From the NCBI GenBank assembly GCA_964247055.1, contig OZ176053.1, positions 8,928,001 through 8,992,000 of the forward strand: 64,000 bases of DNA, written 5' to 3'. Source of the stretch: Paragordius varius (Eukaryota > Animalia > Nematomorpha). A model generated the notes under the pieces. That model made no database searches, had not been told where the DNA came from, and saw only the letters and a list, made by a program, of their open reading frames with translations. Made by a program: the position numbers and the translations under genes. Every line of letters begins with the position of its first letter. The first letter of the stretch is position 1. Shown here piece after piece: positions 51,142 through 64,000 of this stretch.

Positions 51142-52303
51142 CTGGATACAAAACACTCATTTTAGTCCTTCAATTCAAATTGGGGTAGTTGGACACCCCA
51201 GATTTAAAATCAAATACTTGAAAAAGTATGGAAGGAATCGAAACCATGGCAAAATTTTATTTGTATAACATTAATAAACCGAAATATATAAAAAAATTTA
51301 TTCAAAAATACTTGATATTACTTATTTTATAAAACCAAAAGGTAAAAATTTGGTCAACGTGACATGTGTCAAATTCTAAAATTAGGAAATAATACAAAAT
51401 AAACCGCTTTTTCTATCAATGTTAGATGTAATTTATATAAAAATTAGCTTTAGTTTTACAAATTAAATGAAGACGAAATTTTGCAAAAATTTTGTAAAAT
51501 AAAAATGGCGTCTAAGTAGTATGATATGGGGTTTTTTTCAAAACAAAATTTTATCAAGATATTTTGGCACAAATATATAATTTTCATTAAGATAGAAGCA
51601 TAAATTTAAATTGGGGCCGTTTCCTTCAGTGTTTTTTTAAAATATTTATTCAAATTAGTCTAGGTTATTTAGATACCCTAATTTGAATAGTGTTAATATG
51701 TTAAATATATATTTGAAAAAAATATCCCATATTAACACTTGAATAAAACACATTCATTTTTGTCCTTCGATTCAAATTGGGGTAGTTAAATACCCCAGGC
51801 CTGTTTAAAATTGAATTCTTAAAAATATATGGAAGGAATTGAAACCATGGCAAAATTGTGCATTTATATAACATTAATAAACCGAAAAATATAAAAAAAG
51901 GTATTCAAAAAACTTGATACTACTTATTTTAAGCTAAAACCGAGATAGTCAACGTGACATGTGTGTAATGGTAAAATTGAAAAATAATACAGAATGAACC
52001 GCTTTTTCTATTTCTATCAATGTTAGATGTAATGTAAATAAATTAGCTTTAATTTTACCCTTAAAATTAAATGAAGACGATATTTTGCAAAAATTTTGTA
52101 AAATAAAAATGGCGTCGAAGTAGTTTGACATGGAACTTTTTTTGCAAAACAAAATTTTATTTAGATATTTTGGCATATTTATATAATTTTTATTAGGATA
52201 GAAGCATAAATTTAAATTGGGACCGTTTCCTTCAGTAGTTTTTTTGAAATCCTAAATCTAATTTAGTCTGGGGTATTTAAATACCCCAATTTGAATCGAA
52301 GTG
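51142..52303. mobile_element. Two adjacent direct copies (~51142-51692 and 51736-52303) of a TTAA-flanked, piggyBac-like MITE
   Basis: The ~560-bp copies share internal sequence. Each has the IR TTCAAATTGGGGTA..ACCCC / GGGGTATTTAAATACCCCAATTTGAA and ends in GTG|TTAA; copy 2 starts TTAA|CAC. Confidence 0.65.
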
Positions 52304-53354
52304 TTAAACTATATTGTCACCATTTATTTTTTAGCAAAATATTATGTTAATCTAGTTCTAGATTTATGGGTTAAATTTGATATAATACAATGAGCAATAG
52401 CCAGGTTAAATATCAATAGTGATTTAGATTCTGCACCTTTTTGTTGTCTAACTTTTGCTTTTAGGGTAAACCATGGATTCCCAACATAAATGGCTTGCGC
52501 CGAATTTTTCGCTCAAATCGGGAAGGCTCGTTTTAAATTAATACATATTTTATTGAATTTCGAAGTTTGTAAATAAATACAAACCGGTATAATCACCATT
52601 TATTTATCAATAGTTAATTTTTTGGATGCCAAAAAACAGCCTTAAAATAAAATGAACATAGAAATCGATAGTACAAATCCATTCTATGGCTGATCCTATT
52701 AGCAATATTTAATACCCTAAAATATAATTAACCCCTAGAACAATTTATATTATATATAAATGAACATTTATTTTCTGAAATCAAGAATGAATATTCAAAA
52801 TATTTGAAGGAAAAAAATGCTTATAATTTTGGTATTTGAAATTTAATATGCGTATATTTATCAAATTATCATTTGTTACATCAATTTTTCGCAAGTATCA
52901 CAAGAAATTACAGAGCCGCTGGTGGGACTCTGGATTAAACCATAAAATAAGAGTTAAAGTTATATTGTACTTTTTATATTTTGAAGGAAAAAGCGCGAAC
53001 TTTTAAAATATCTTTAATATATTCCAAGTGTTATGTTGATTTTTTTATAAGCTTAAGGTCATCTCCTATCGTATCGAGGGACATTATAATCTGTAATCAA
53101 GTGTTAATTTACACCGATAAACCCCCTTCTATTAATGCCATTATTGCTGGGAAGTTATCGTATCTCACCAGGGGCGTCCAATACAAATGGATCACGGCCG
53201 CTATTTCTTCTCAAAAAATCCGGCCAGTCGCACACAGAAAACATATATTATCATAAATTATTGTTGATTAGGTTATAAAAAAACCAACAATATTAATTTA
53301 GCATTTAATAGGATGCTATTATGCGGCCAAAATTTGGAAAGACCTTTCATACAC

Positions 53355-54260
53355 AGCGTCCACAAAAAATATCCCGATGAAATATATATATTCCTCTAGG
53401 AAGTATCAGGATTATCATGAGCATTTGGTTTTGGCCCTACAAGTAATTAGGAAAATTATTTACCATTTTGTGGTAAGCCATATAAGAAAATGGTAAAATT
53501 TGCGCAGATATTTTTGATTAAAATTTTTTTGGTATGCTTCATTCTAAAAATTCACTAAAAGATATCATAAACTATGTATAAAAAGCAAGACAATATTGCC
53601 CAATTTTTTGACTCTTCTATAATTGGCCGATTCTCTTGAAATTGTAAAAATGCCGAAATTGCGCGGTAAAAATTTTAAATATTTGCAAACTTTAATTAAC
53701 ATTTATATATTTGTTGTTTTCAAATTTATGACAAATTGGGTTTTTTAGAATTTACCAAAATTCAAAAGCGAACAACCCTCTAAATAATAATGAGCGATAG
53801 AAATTCAGTATGATTATTATATAAGTCTTTTTAAAATATCTTAAAGCGTTTTTATGCAGTTTCCATCATGCCTCAAATAGTATGAAATACGCATCAACAA
53901 AACTTCAAAATTAAATTTTTGAAAACAGTATGCATTTTTAAAACATATTTTTAGTTGATATAGCATATATTCAATTTTTTCCCGCAATTTCAGGGTTTTT
54001 GCGTTTTTGAGAGAGCTGGCCTCATTTAGAAGAGCAAAATGAGGCTTTCGGAGCTTACATATAAAAATGAAAATTTTATAAAATATTGATGATATATTTT
54101 AGCGATATTTTTTGGAATGAAGCATTCAGCTTTCACTAAAAAAAAATTTAATATGCGCGAATTTGCATTTTCTGATATATAGAGCTTATCACAAAAGTGG
54201 TTTTCATATAACTTGTAGGTTTAAAACCAAAAGTACCATGATAATCCTGGTACATTTTCA

Positions 54261-54298
<38 letters not shown>

Positions 54299-54330
54299 TA
54301 TATCAATTGGATATTTTTCATACCCCCCGA
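53355..54330. mobile_element. Most complete copy of the long-TIR non-autonomous element family
   Basis: About 200-250-bp imperfect inverted arms (GGATTATCATGAG..TTTGGTTTT..CCTACAAGT vs ACTTGTAGG..AAAACCAAAAGTACCATGATAATCC). A Charlie-type MITE left end (CAGGGGCGTCCAA) lies at 53169 and a right end at ~54530-54545, so the element may be nested in it. Confidence 0.55.
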
Positions 54331-54735
54331 ATTTGTACGCAGTGATATAAGTTTTTCTTCTAAATCTAAAAAACATATTTTTAACCAATCATGACAGCAA
54401 TGATGCTTAAGTTTTTAATACAATAAACCGTGCTATAATATACAAAATGGAAGGCAGTTTGAGTCGACCAATATTATTATAACCTAATTTTTGACAAAAA
54501 ATCTTATTAAAATGTGCCGGCCGCAACGCATGTTTGACACCCCTATCTTAAGCATCTGAAATTTTCGACCAAAATATAGTCAGCAAATATCATTATGTTT
54601 AAAAAAAAATTACATTGTTATTTCCTAAATATCGTTCTGAAAACTAGATTATATTATTTATATAAATTTAATCGTTGAAGTTTTTTTATGATCAGTATTT
54701 TGAAAGCTGGTGAACCTTTCATCAACCGAATACAC

Positions 54736-56166
54736 ATGTCAAGTCGAGAAAAAATATTATATTATTTTGAAAAATCGCTTCTCATACCTCCCTATTATAA
54801 ATTCACCTGGAGGAAATATGAAAGGGATATAAATTATTTTTTTAAACACAAATTTTTGAACCATTATCAACTTCCAGATTTTTGGAAATTTGTTAACCAA
54901 TACGAGCAATTTATGATACACCAACTCCAAAAACAAAATGTTGAAGCACTATCAAAGGCAAATATTCATAAATTAGAAAGCGTTTTTACCAAATCTAGTC
55001 TCTTAATTAATATTCTTTTATCAGTGTATCAAATATTAATCGGTATAATTTGACTTTATTTTAGATTACAAATTTAAGTTTTTACCTGAATATAAATTTG
55101 AATTATTGTTTGTATTTATCTGTTACATCGATTTTATCGTTAAAGAATACGATAAAAAACACACAAAAATAATTAAATCCAAATCCGAATTACCAATATA
55201 TTTGCACAAAGATGCGTTCATTGACACCTTACAACAAAAAGATGTTATTGTGCTTGCTGGTGACACTGGTTGCGGTAAATCTACTCAGGTTGTTGCTATT
55301 TCTCTAAACTAAAAATTAATTATAAATTTTAATTATTTTACATATTTTTTTCCAAATTAGATACCGCAGTATTTACTAGAATATGGATTAAAAAATATTG
55401 TTTGTACACAACCTAGACGCATTGCGTGCATATCTTTATGTAAGCGTGTTTCTTACGAAGTTCAATATTCATCAAACATGTTAAATTACTTAAATTCGAC
55501 TTTGGGTGATGCTTTATACGTTGAAACAGATAATAACTCACCATCAATAGTTGTAAGAATACTAATTATTATTTTTACCCTTTTACAAATATATTGATTT
55601 GACGTAAATAAGTCGCCTTAACACTTTAGGGTAAAATAATGTTAAAGCCTGATTTTTTAATCATACATATCAGTCAAATTTCGTTTTGTGTATATAAACT
55701 AAAGAAAGTTGTTGTTTCTGCGATGATTTGAAAATCTAAATAAATTTAAAACTGTTTTTTTAATAATTCATATTGGCATATGTAAATATTTGAATATATT
55801 AAAAGAAATCATTTAAATAATATATAAATACCCACAACATTTTAAGTTCATATAATCTTGAGAACAGCTTTTTAAAAAAGAATATCTAATAGTTTTACTT
55901 ATGTTTTGAAACCATTATTTATTATTTATTTGGTTTTTTGTGTGATAGTGTATATTACTGATTTTTAAATCATATTTGGAAACTTTGTGTTAACGCATAA
56001 GCCAATTAATATGAGATATGTCCCAATAACGTGTTAATTTTAATATATATAACATGAAGTAAAGAATTCTATATCTTGGAACTTTATTTTATTTGTCATA
56101 TTTTTTGGTGAAATGCGAGGCTAAGATACAAAATTAAGTTATACCTGAATAATACCAAGTATCATG

Positions 56167-56206
<40 letters not shown>

Positions 56207-59200
56207 TTGATGGCTTTTTGACTTCAAGTTTGAAGGTGTCCGTGAACGGTCTTATTCCAAAGGTCCTTATTTAGACATTTGGTAATGTCGAGGTTTAGTA
56301 TTTTTATGTCATTTTTAATGTTGTCGCTCCAGGAATGTGTTGGGCGCCCTTTGCGGTTGTTTCCAAAGGGTTGTATGTGCTTAATGTTTGGAGTGGGTGG
56401 TCGGTTTGTCTTCTTTCAATGTGACCCAAGTATTTAAGCCTGCTTCTTTGTATAAACTTTTCTACTGTGTCATTTTTGTGTTTAAGATGAATATTGTAGT
56501 CAGAACAGCAAGCTTTAATTATTTCGTTTTCCGTATTTATCATTTTGTCAAGATTTGTTTTATTTAGGGGCCATGTTTCGGTGGCGTAAGTAAGAGCTGG
56601 CCTGACACCTGCTTTGTATATTAGCCATTTATTATTGTTAGATACATTTTTTTAAGGACAAATTTTAGGGAGTTGACTTTACCCCATGCTTGTTGGATTC
56701 GTTTCCCTATTGCTCCAGTTATATGGCCTTTAGAGTCTATGACGTCTCCTAGGTATGTAAACTGGTCTACTTTTTCTATTGAGTTTTCGTCGATTGTCAT
56801 ATATGTCGAGCGTGTTTGAGTTGTATTATTGTTTTTACAGTTGTTACATTTAAAGTTTATTTGTTCGTTGAGTTTGCCGGTGATTTTGGAGCATTTTTTT
56901 TGAACCCAGAATTTGCATTTGTTGCATTTTATTGAATTTGTTTTGACTTCTTTGTCGCAGATAGCGCATGGATATTTGGGGCGCTGTGTACGATCTCCTG
57001 ATATCATTATTTTTGTTTTATTAATATTTATTTTCTGCCCATGGTTCTCTAGACAGATTTTCCATGTTCTGAATTTGTTTGACATATTTTCCATTGAAGT
57101 ATCTGTTAGGACAATGTCATCCACGAAGATTAACTCCCAGGGCGGTTGAGCAGATATGTTTTTTGTGATACAGTTTAATATTATAATGAATAGTAATGGA
57201 ATAAGTACAGACCCTTGGTGTAGGCCAGTGTTTGTCTTGAAAGGTTCCGTGTCTCCTATTTGCGTGCGTCCCATTGTAGTTGTATTTTCATAAAGAAGTA
57301 TATTCAATCATTAATATTATATTTCTTTGGTTTTTAACTAGAGACTTATACAGCTCTTTTATTTTCTAATATATGTGAGTATAAAATTAATTAGACAAAT
57401 TTTACGGGTAAGTAATTTCCTAGATACGTCATGAAAGAAAAATTATATAAATTTATTTAATACATATTTTTCAAAAAACATTTACATGTTGTAAAGTCAG
57501 TTCACAAAAATCGCTATACATGTGCGTTTATTCCAATATAATTGTCCCTACAATTTATTTTATATTTGAACAAATATCCTGCCGTATAAACATAATCTTC
57601 TTAACAATGATGCAATTATATTGTAATTAGATAGGTTATCAAATTCGTTTTGATAAAACCACTTTCCATCAAAATTATGACAAAAGAGATGCGGCCTATA
57701 ATATCGTAAATGACGAATTTGACAATATGAATCCTAATATAACATCCACACACCAACAAAACTCAAACAAACAACAATTATTATTTATGACAGAGGGAAT
57801 TCTTTTGCGACAATTAGGGAGTTTGGATGAAAACACAACTACCGAAATATTGCCAAGTAATAAACTTTTTTTGCTAAAAAACAATTAGCGGATGATTAAA
57901 GCGTTGTTTCCAAGATTTTTATAGGGTTAAATGAATATTATTTTTATGAAAGTGCGATTTTTATCCATTTATTAATATTTTATAACGGAAATAATTATAT
58001 ATTATTTTAAGGTCCTCTTTGACTATCGGACTCGGGAAAATCGTAATGAGTTAAGAAAATCCGTAAAAATTAGCTATAAATATCACAGCTTTCACCTAGT
58101 ATTTACAAAACTTGCTAAATTGTGTGATTAATTTTTACAACCTTTTTATAATTGAAACTTTATATTTTTATTTTATAAAGATAAATTAGTTCATATATTA
58201 TATGCCTGCATAAAATATAAATTTTATCATATTTTTGGCACGAATAGGGGAAATAATTACCGAATACAAATTAATGATTCACAAAGATTAATTTGGTTAT
58301 TATTTTTATATTTATACAAAAGTATCGATTGGTTTTGCCCATTAGATTTTTGAATAAATTCGGATACGCTTTTTTTCTATCACACAAATCAAAAACTTTT
58401 ATATTCTGAATAATAAACATTCATTAACATTTCTGCTAAATACATAAATTTGTTTACATATAAAATTAGGTCAGATTTTCAAACATCTTGCTTTAAATAA
58501 GTATGATTGCATACTTATTGATGAAGTTCATGAACGTCATTGCACTACGGATTTTATTTTGGGTGCTTTAAAGTGTTTACTTCATCAATATTGGTCTCGA
58601 AACGAAAAGCCACCATTCAAACTTATTCTCATGTCAGCCACGATAAATACGCAACTTTTTGTGGATTTTTTTACGCCCCATTGCGGTTTTTTACAGGTTA
58701 TATATCTCAGTTTTTAAAATAAACTTTTAAAAAAATATACGAAATGGCTCTAATAGTTTCTAAGACTTAATAAATTTATATTAAAATAACATAATATTGA
58801 TTTTAAAATAGGTACCTGGCCGTTTGTTTCCCATTGAATTGATTTACATTCCCTTAAATGAGGAAGATATGATTAGTAGTCGGACAACCCTGGATCAAGC
58901 CGAAAATATTAATTTGGGCAAAGAGAGTATACTTATTCCATTTTTATTGTTTTTAAAACGTTTCATAACCTTTTTTTATTTTATTATACTAGTTTACCAT
59001 TAATATTGATGATAGATGTTTATATATCATTTATGATTAATTTTCTAAATATATACAGTTTAATATAGTATAATTATAAGTATGATATAAACCCAGAGAT
59101 ATTTTAAATATTTAAGTCGATTGATGTATTTGACAACTATACTGATTTGATAATTAGTTTGTCAGTTTTATGGAATGTATAGTATATTAATTGTTTACAT

Positions 59201-62200
59201 TTATCATATGGCTCTTACAGTATGAATAACTATATATTGCTAGAAAGTTATTAATTATTGCCATATAGCATATACAACAAAGGGTATTATTGGCTTATGG
59301 ATGTTTATTTCACTTTAATTATTATTAGCCAATAATAATTCGCTTTGTTGCTTATGCTATTTGGCTTAATAACTCTTTAACAATATATACTCACTTATAC
59401 TGTATATTGCCCGTGCTAATATATGTATTTCCAACAATAAAATTATGTTGCCCTGCTAATATTAGTATTTCCAAAAATAAATTATTTTTCAACAATCAAA
59501 TTATATTACCCACGCTAATATAAATAATTCCAATAATTAACCTTAACTTTTCAACAATTAAATAATATTATTCATGCTAAAATAAGTATTTACTACAACC
59601 AACCATCTTTTTTCAACAATCAAATTATATTGCCCTTGCTTATTAATATAAGTCAACAATCAATCATCACTTTTCACAATCAAATAATATTATTTATGCT
59701 GGTATAAATATTTCCTACAATCAACCATCACTTTTCAACAATCAAATAATATTATTTATGTTAATATTAGTATTTGTAACAATCAAATTACAGTATGAGT
59801 AAGTATATATTGCTAGAAAGACATTAATTATTGCCAAATAGCATATAAAACAAAGGGAAGTATTATTGGCTTATAGTTGTTTTTTCACTTTTTACTATTA
59901 TTTGCCAATAATAATTCCCTTTGTTGCATATGCTATTTGGCAATAATTAATAACTCTCTAGCAATATATACTACTCATACTGTATATTCAATTTTGAATA
60001 AAATTCTTTTTTTTCTTCCATAGATAAGCGTCAAAATACTACGATAGCCAAAAAAGCTGAACAAACAACCAAACCCGAGCCGTATGTAAAGTTATTGCGG
60101 TTGATAGATTCAAAGTATGGATCACCCTATGATGAACGTGGGGATGTTTTAATATTTTTACCCGGTGTTCAAGAAATCCATAACGTTAAAACAGCGCTTG
60201 AAGAATATTCCGTTAACTCATGTCCTGAAAATGTAACCAATGATGATGGTATTAATTTTTTCATTTAAAAATGTGCTATTTGGCTTTTAAATGCGGTAAA
60301 AGTAAATTTATTAAAATAACTATTTTTCACTTTTTATGATATTTATCGCATTAAACCGAAAAAAATCTAAAATGCGAGATTATCTCAACTTTGGTTATGT
60401 AATTTAAAATATATGTGCTTTTACTCCAATTAAATTCTTTTTATGATGCTGTGAGTCAAGCCTTCCATACCTATTTTTAAATTCAACGTTTTTTATCTTT
60501 ATTAATTATTTTCACAATCGTGTCTTTTAAAGGTTTGACTGTTTTGTAACGATCACGGTTATATTATATCAAATAATGTGTGTATACAGCCAAACCCTTT
60601 TAGCTATTCTTTTAAGCCTTCCCTATCTTGTCTTTATGCAATTTAAATTTTTTAATTATTTTAGTAACATTTATTTTGTCCAATTTTGTATTTTTACATA
60701 TATGGGTTTGTCTGTTATGTATTTTTTTGGATGAAATTTTACAAATCTACTGTTAATTTTAATTAAAGACACTCAATCATGAAATATTATGTATCCATTT
60801 AAATTTTTTAACAACATATCAATAACGTGGTTAAGGCATTAGTAATTTTCCCGATATATTTAACCGTTGGTCATATATTATATAATGGCATGATCTTTCT
60901 ACCAATTATAACCAAGATGCATTTGGAGGTTTGACCATAAATTAGCCGTAAAAATTTCCAATTTTTTATATTTTCTCTTTCGTGTTATCTGTATAATTTG
61001 AATTCGAATTTTTCTTTCTTTCATATATTAGCTAGCAGCCTAACCAAGGGTGTAAAATCATCAGGTCATTGGCTAATTTTACCATTACATGCCTCATTAG
61101 CCAGCAAGGAACAAGATAAAGTTTTTGATTTAACTCCCCCGGGTTATCGTAAATGTGTGTTGGCAACTAATGTTGCTGAAACGTCTGTCACAATAGATGG
61201 GATACGTTTTGTCGTAGATAGTGGTAAAGTCAGTACACAGATTTTTTATACATATATTTTAATATACTGTAAAAATTGAAATTACACAGACATCACTTAA
61301 AGACATTATGACAAATAATTATTTTTAAAAGGCAATCATACTTTTTAAACTTGATTTTTGTTAAATATAACTAATTGTCTTGAACTACCATGTTATTAAA
61401 AAGAAATGTAAATTGGTAACACAATAATCAATAACATATTTATAATTATAATTAAACAATTTATATAGGAGAAATTAATGTTTAATAAATATGGTTGTTT
61501 TTTATCTGCATAATTTAAATGTTATATGACTTTTTGGTTGAATAAAATATTTTTGGAATATGATAAGTAATTGTTGTGATTTTACTAACCTTGTGGTTTT
61601 AATTGGACATTAGAATCTAAATGATTTATGTAATCAAAATATTTGGAAAATAAATATCTTTGTATATTTATTTTTTGAAATTACACACACATATATATAT
61701 CTTTAAGATAATATGCTGAATTTTATAAATCCGTTTATATTAAGGTAAGTATTGGATTTCCACCTATAAATAATTCAATATTACTAAAAATCACAAAACA
61801 ATACACTTTTAGTCTTGTTTGTATAATAAAACTGCTTTGACAACCATCATCTAAAACAAGGGTGTCCAACGCGCGGCCCCTTTATGTGCGGCCCGCGAAA
61901 GTTTTGAAACTTTACAATTTACAAAAATAGGCTCGCATCTTTTTATAAACTGATGTTTCTCAAATAATTTTTCTAAACAACTTTTATAATTTACAAGATC
62001 TATAAAAACATGTTAAATTTTTTTGGTACTTTACAGTCTTATGTTTGAAATCTAAATTATTGATTAATGTTCATATATATTTGAAACGCGGCCGGCGAAG
62101 CCATTTGTATTGGACATCGCTGCTCTTAAAGATAATTTTAAAAACAGCTTTTAATTGTTTCCTCTTTTAAAAGGTTAAAGAATTGTATTATGACCCAATA

Positions 62201-62628
62201 ACCAAGATGTCAAGATTAAAAACGTTTTGGGTCAGCAAAGCTGGAGCCGAACAGAGAAAGGGTCGAGCCGGTCGAACCGGTCCTGGCGTATGTTTTCGCC
62301 TTTATGATATGCAAAAACATATGAATGGTAAAATTTTAAATATTATGTCTAAAATTAATTTATTGTATATTGTTTATGCTAAAATTTCGTTGTATTTATT
62401 CAAAAAATCTAAAAGACGGCAGCAATTTTATATTAAAGTTAGGTTGGTTATATTTTGATTTGGGTAATAGATTTAATTATTCATAATTTATGTCTGATTA
62501 GGGATCTTCAAAGATTTTTCAGCCAGCGAAATAGTTAAATCTCCCTTGCACAGTATTATATTACAAATATTATTAACGGTGCCATACATTGGTTTACAAT
62601 CAAACGATGGGTGGATTGATATACGAAA
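54736..62628 (+). CDS. DHX34: DEAH-box RNA helicase DHX34 (SMGL-2), 5' part; the gene continues past the window
   Basis: Motifs [11 protein letters not shown]|[79 protein letters not shown]...[47 protein letters not shown]|[30 protein letters not shown]. Exons include 55361-55552, 57631-57856, 58470-58696, 58812-58926, 60024-60248, 61032-61228, 62174-62327 and 62502-62628. The boundaries of the first two exons (start ~54736, second ending 55288) are uncertain. Confidence 0.9.
56205..57330 (-). mobile_element. 5'-truncated RTE-clade LINE fragment in a DHX34 intron, antisense
   Basis: ORF 56621-57307 has [17 protein letters not shown] (mutated YADD), CAIC...CNKC..WVQKKC and QFTYLGDVI; ORF 56304-56543 has [13 protein letters not shown]. 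The 3' end abuts a (TA)n tract. Confidence 0.88.
59218..59402. mobile_element. Hairpin Tc1/mariner-like MITE, copy 1 (185 bp)
   Basis: TA|CAGTATGA...TATACTG|TA; nearly the whole element is an inverted repeat. Confidence 0.85.
59403..59790. repeat. Degenerate ~60-bp minisatellite (~7 units)
   Basis: Recurring (T/A)ATATT...TGCTAATA...CAACAATCAAAT units. Confidence 0.75.
59791..59982. mobile_element. Hairpin Tc1/mariner-like MITE, copy 2 (192 bp)
   Basis: TA|CAGTATGAGTAAGTATATATTGCTAGA...TCTAGCAATATATACTACTCATACTG|TA; same family as 59218-59402. Confidence 0.88.
61857..62122. mobile_element. Charlie-type hAT MITE
   Basis: CAAGGGTGTCCAACGCGCGGCCC ... GCGGCCGGCGAAG...TTGGACATCGCTG; flanks ATCTAAAA / CTCTTAAA (6/8). 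Related isolated ends at ~21291 and ~29227. Confidence 0.75.
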
Positions 62629-62799
62629 GTATTTAGATTTTTTAATTGATGAGACTTAACCAAAAAAATATGTAGTTTATTATCATATTTTTTAATATAA
62701 TTATAATTAATGGGTTAATCGTTTTATTGATAATTAAATTTTCATTTTTTTACTATTTTTCATTATAAAGTAGTTTTACTTGCCTTATGATATCGATAA

Positions 62800-64000
62800 A
62801 ATCTATATATTTATAAAAATGGAAAATGCTGGCTTTGTGAGTTACCGGCCAACCGGTAGACCAATTCAAATCCAAATGAAAAATATGACCCCGACAATAG
62901 CTTCGCCCTTTTTTAGGCCCCCAGTTTAGACCCACCCCGTGTAAAAACGAGTTAAATCGTGTCTTTGAGACAATTTTCCAGAAAACGTGTTGAATCATTT
63001 GATTTCAAATATGATTTTTTTTTACTTATTTTTGATTCCACACATAGTCGGCTCGCTTTTTTAATTTAGGCTCTCTTTTTACCCTCTCCCCCCGTAAAAT
63101 GCCAAAATAATTTTTTGAATCTATTATTCGCCAAAAATATGAGACCGTAAAAATTCAATAAGGATTCCACGTATTCCTCGTTAAAAGGCAAAAATTTTAA
63201 TCAAACGTTTTGATGATAGCTGCTGGGTAAGGAGCTACCTGCTAAAAACTGATCCGTCATATGGAAAGTGGTGGCTTTGTGATCTGTTTCCGAAAAACCG
63301 GTAGACCCATTCAAATCCAAATGTCGAAAAAATATAATCATTAATGAAAGCCTCGACAATAGCTTCGCCCTTTTTTTGAAATAGGCCCCCAGTTCGGGCC
63401 CACCCCGTGTGAAAAATGGTTTTTGAAAACAAGTCCACAAAAATCGTTTCTTTAAGACAATTTTCCAGAGAACGTGTTGGACCATTCAATTTCAAATATG
63501 ATTTTTGTTTAGTTATTTTCGATTGCGCCGAACATAGTCGTCTCGCTTTTTTAATTTAGGCCCTCCTATTACCCGCTTTCCCCGTAAAATGCCATTTTTT
63601 AAAAAAAATAATTTTTTGATTTCGCCCAAAGTATGAGACCGTAAAATTCAATAAGGATTTCACGTATTTCCTGTTAAGAGGCAAAAATTTTAGTCACGCG
63701 TTTCTTTGATGATAGCTGCTGGGTAAGGAGCTACCCGCGAAAAACTGACCCGTCATATCGAAATAGCGTGTTTTTGGGGCCAAATTTCAGAAAACCTAAC
63801 AGGCCATACGAGTTCAATAGTTCCTTAAAGTATTACCCGTAAAAATATTGTTTTATTATTTATTTATCTATCATATGTATTGGATATTAAAAAATATATG
63901 GATAATAAAACATTATTTATGGTCATCTATATATTTATAAAAATGGAAAATGCTGGCTTAGTGAACTGTTTCCGGAAAACCGGTAGACCCATTCAAATCC
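62800..64000. repeat. Direct repeats (~460-520-bp unit, 2 copies plus the start of a third) in a DHX34 intron
   Basis: AAATGGAAA.TG.TGGCTT...CCGGTAGACC.ATTCAAATCC at ~62818, ~63262 and ~63943. Downstream blocks (ATAGTCG.CTCGCTTTTTTAATTTAGG, TATGAGACCGTAAAA, GATAGCTGCTGGGTAAGGAGCTACC) are duplicated. Confidence 0.85.

Noticed and set aside
62753-63495. Related ORFs MIQHVFWKIV... / MVQHVLWKIV... as duplicated genes
   Set aside because: They are translations of the intronic ~500-bp direct repeat, with non-conserved frames.
1-64000. Species assignment, and tRNA/rRNA/snRNA genes
   Set aside because: Tiny introns and low GC are compatible with reduced animal parasites such as mesozoans or myxozoans but do not identify the taxon. 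I recognised no cloverleaf, rRNA or snRNA by eye; tRNAscan-SE/Infernal would be needed to exclude them.

Overview
AT-rich (roughly 25% GC) eukaryotic, almost certainly animal, genomic DNA with spliceosomal introns. I traced five host genes by hand through frame-consistent GT-AG junctions: TAF3 (300-10666, +, 23 exons), two SLC16/MCT-type MFS transporter paralogues with identical exon architecture (15692-20315 and 44235-49577, +), ARPC4 (32641-33239, -), and DHX34 (54736 to beyond the window end, +). A possible degenerate GPCR-like gene lies at about 38.5-39.3 kb. The rest is densely filled with mobile DNA: a full-length RTE-type LINE with a 13-bp TSD, split by a hAT-Blackjack element with a perfect 8-bp TSD; two more RTE fragments; a head-to-head pair of Penelope-like fragments carrying a degenerate minimal hammerhead motif; many MITEs (hAT, Tc1/mariner-like, TTAA-flanked, foldback-like); and a ~190-bp satellite arranged in nested inverted blocks. 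The most striking host feature is a set of 21-26-nt introns (all four ARPC4 introns, the first two TAF3 introns) with very degenerate 5' splice sites, coexisting with multi-kb TE-filled introns. There is no prokaryotic system, CRISPR array, rRNA or tRNA that I can support. Internal TE coordinates are approximate unless a TSD is quoted.
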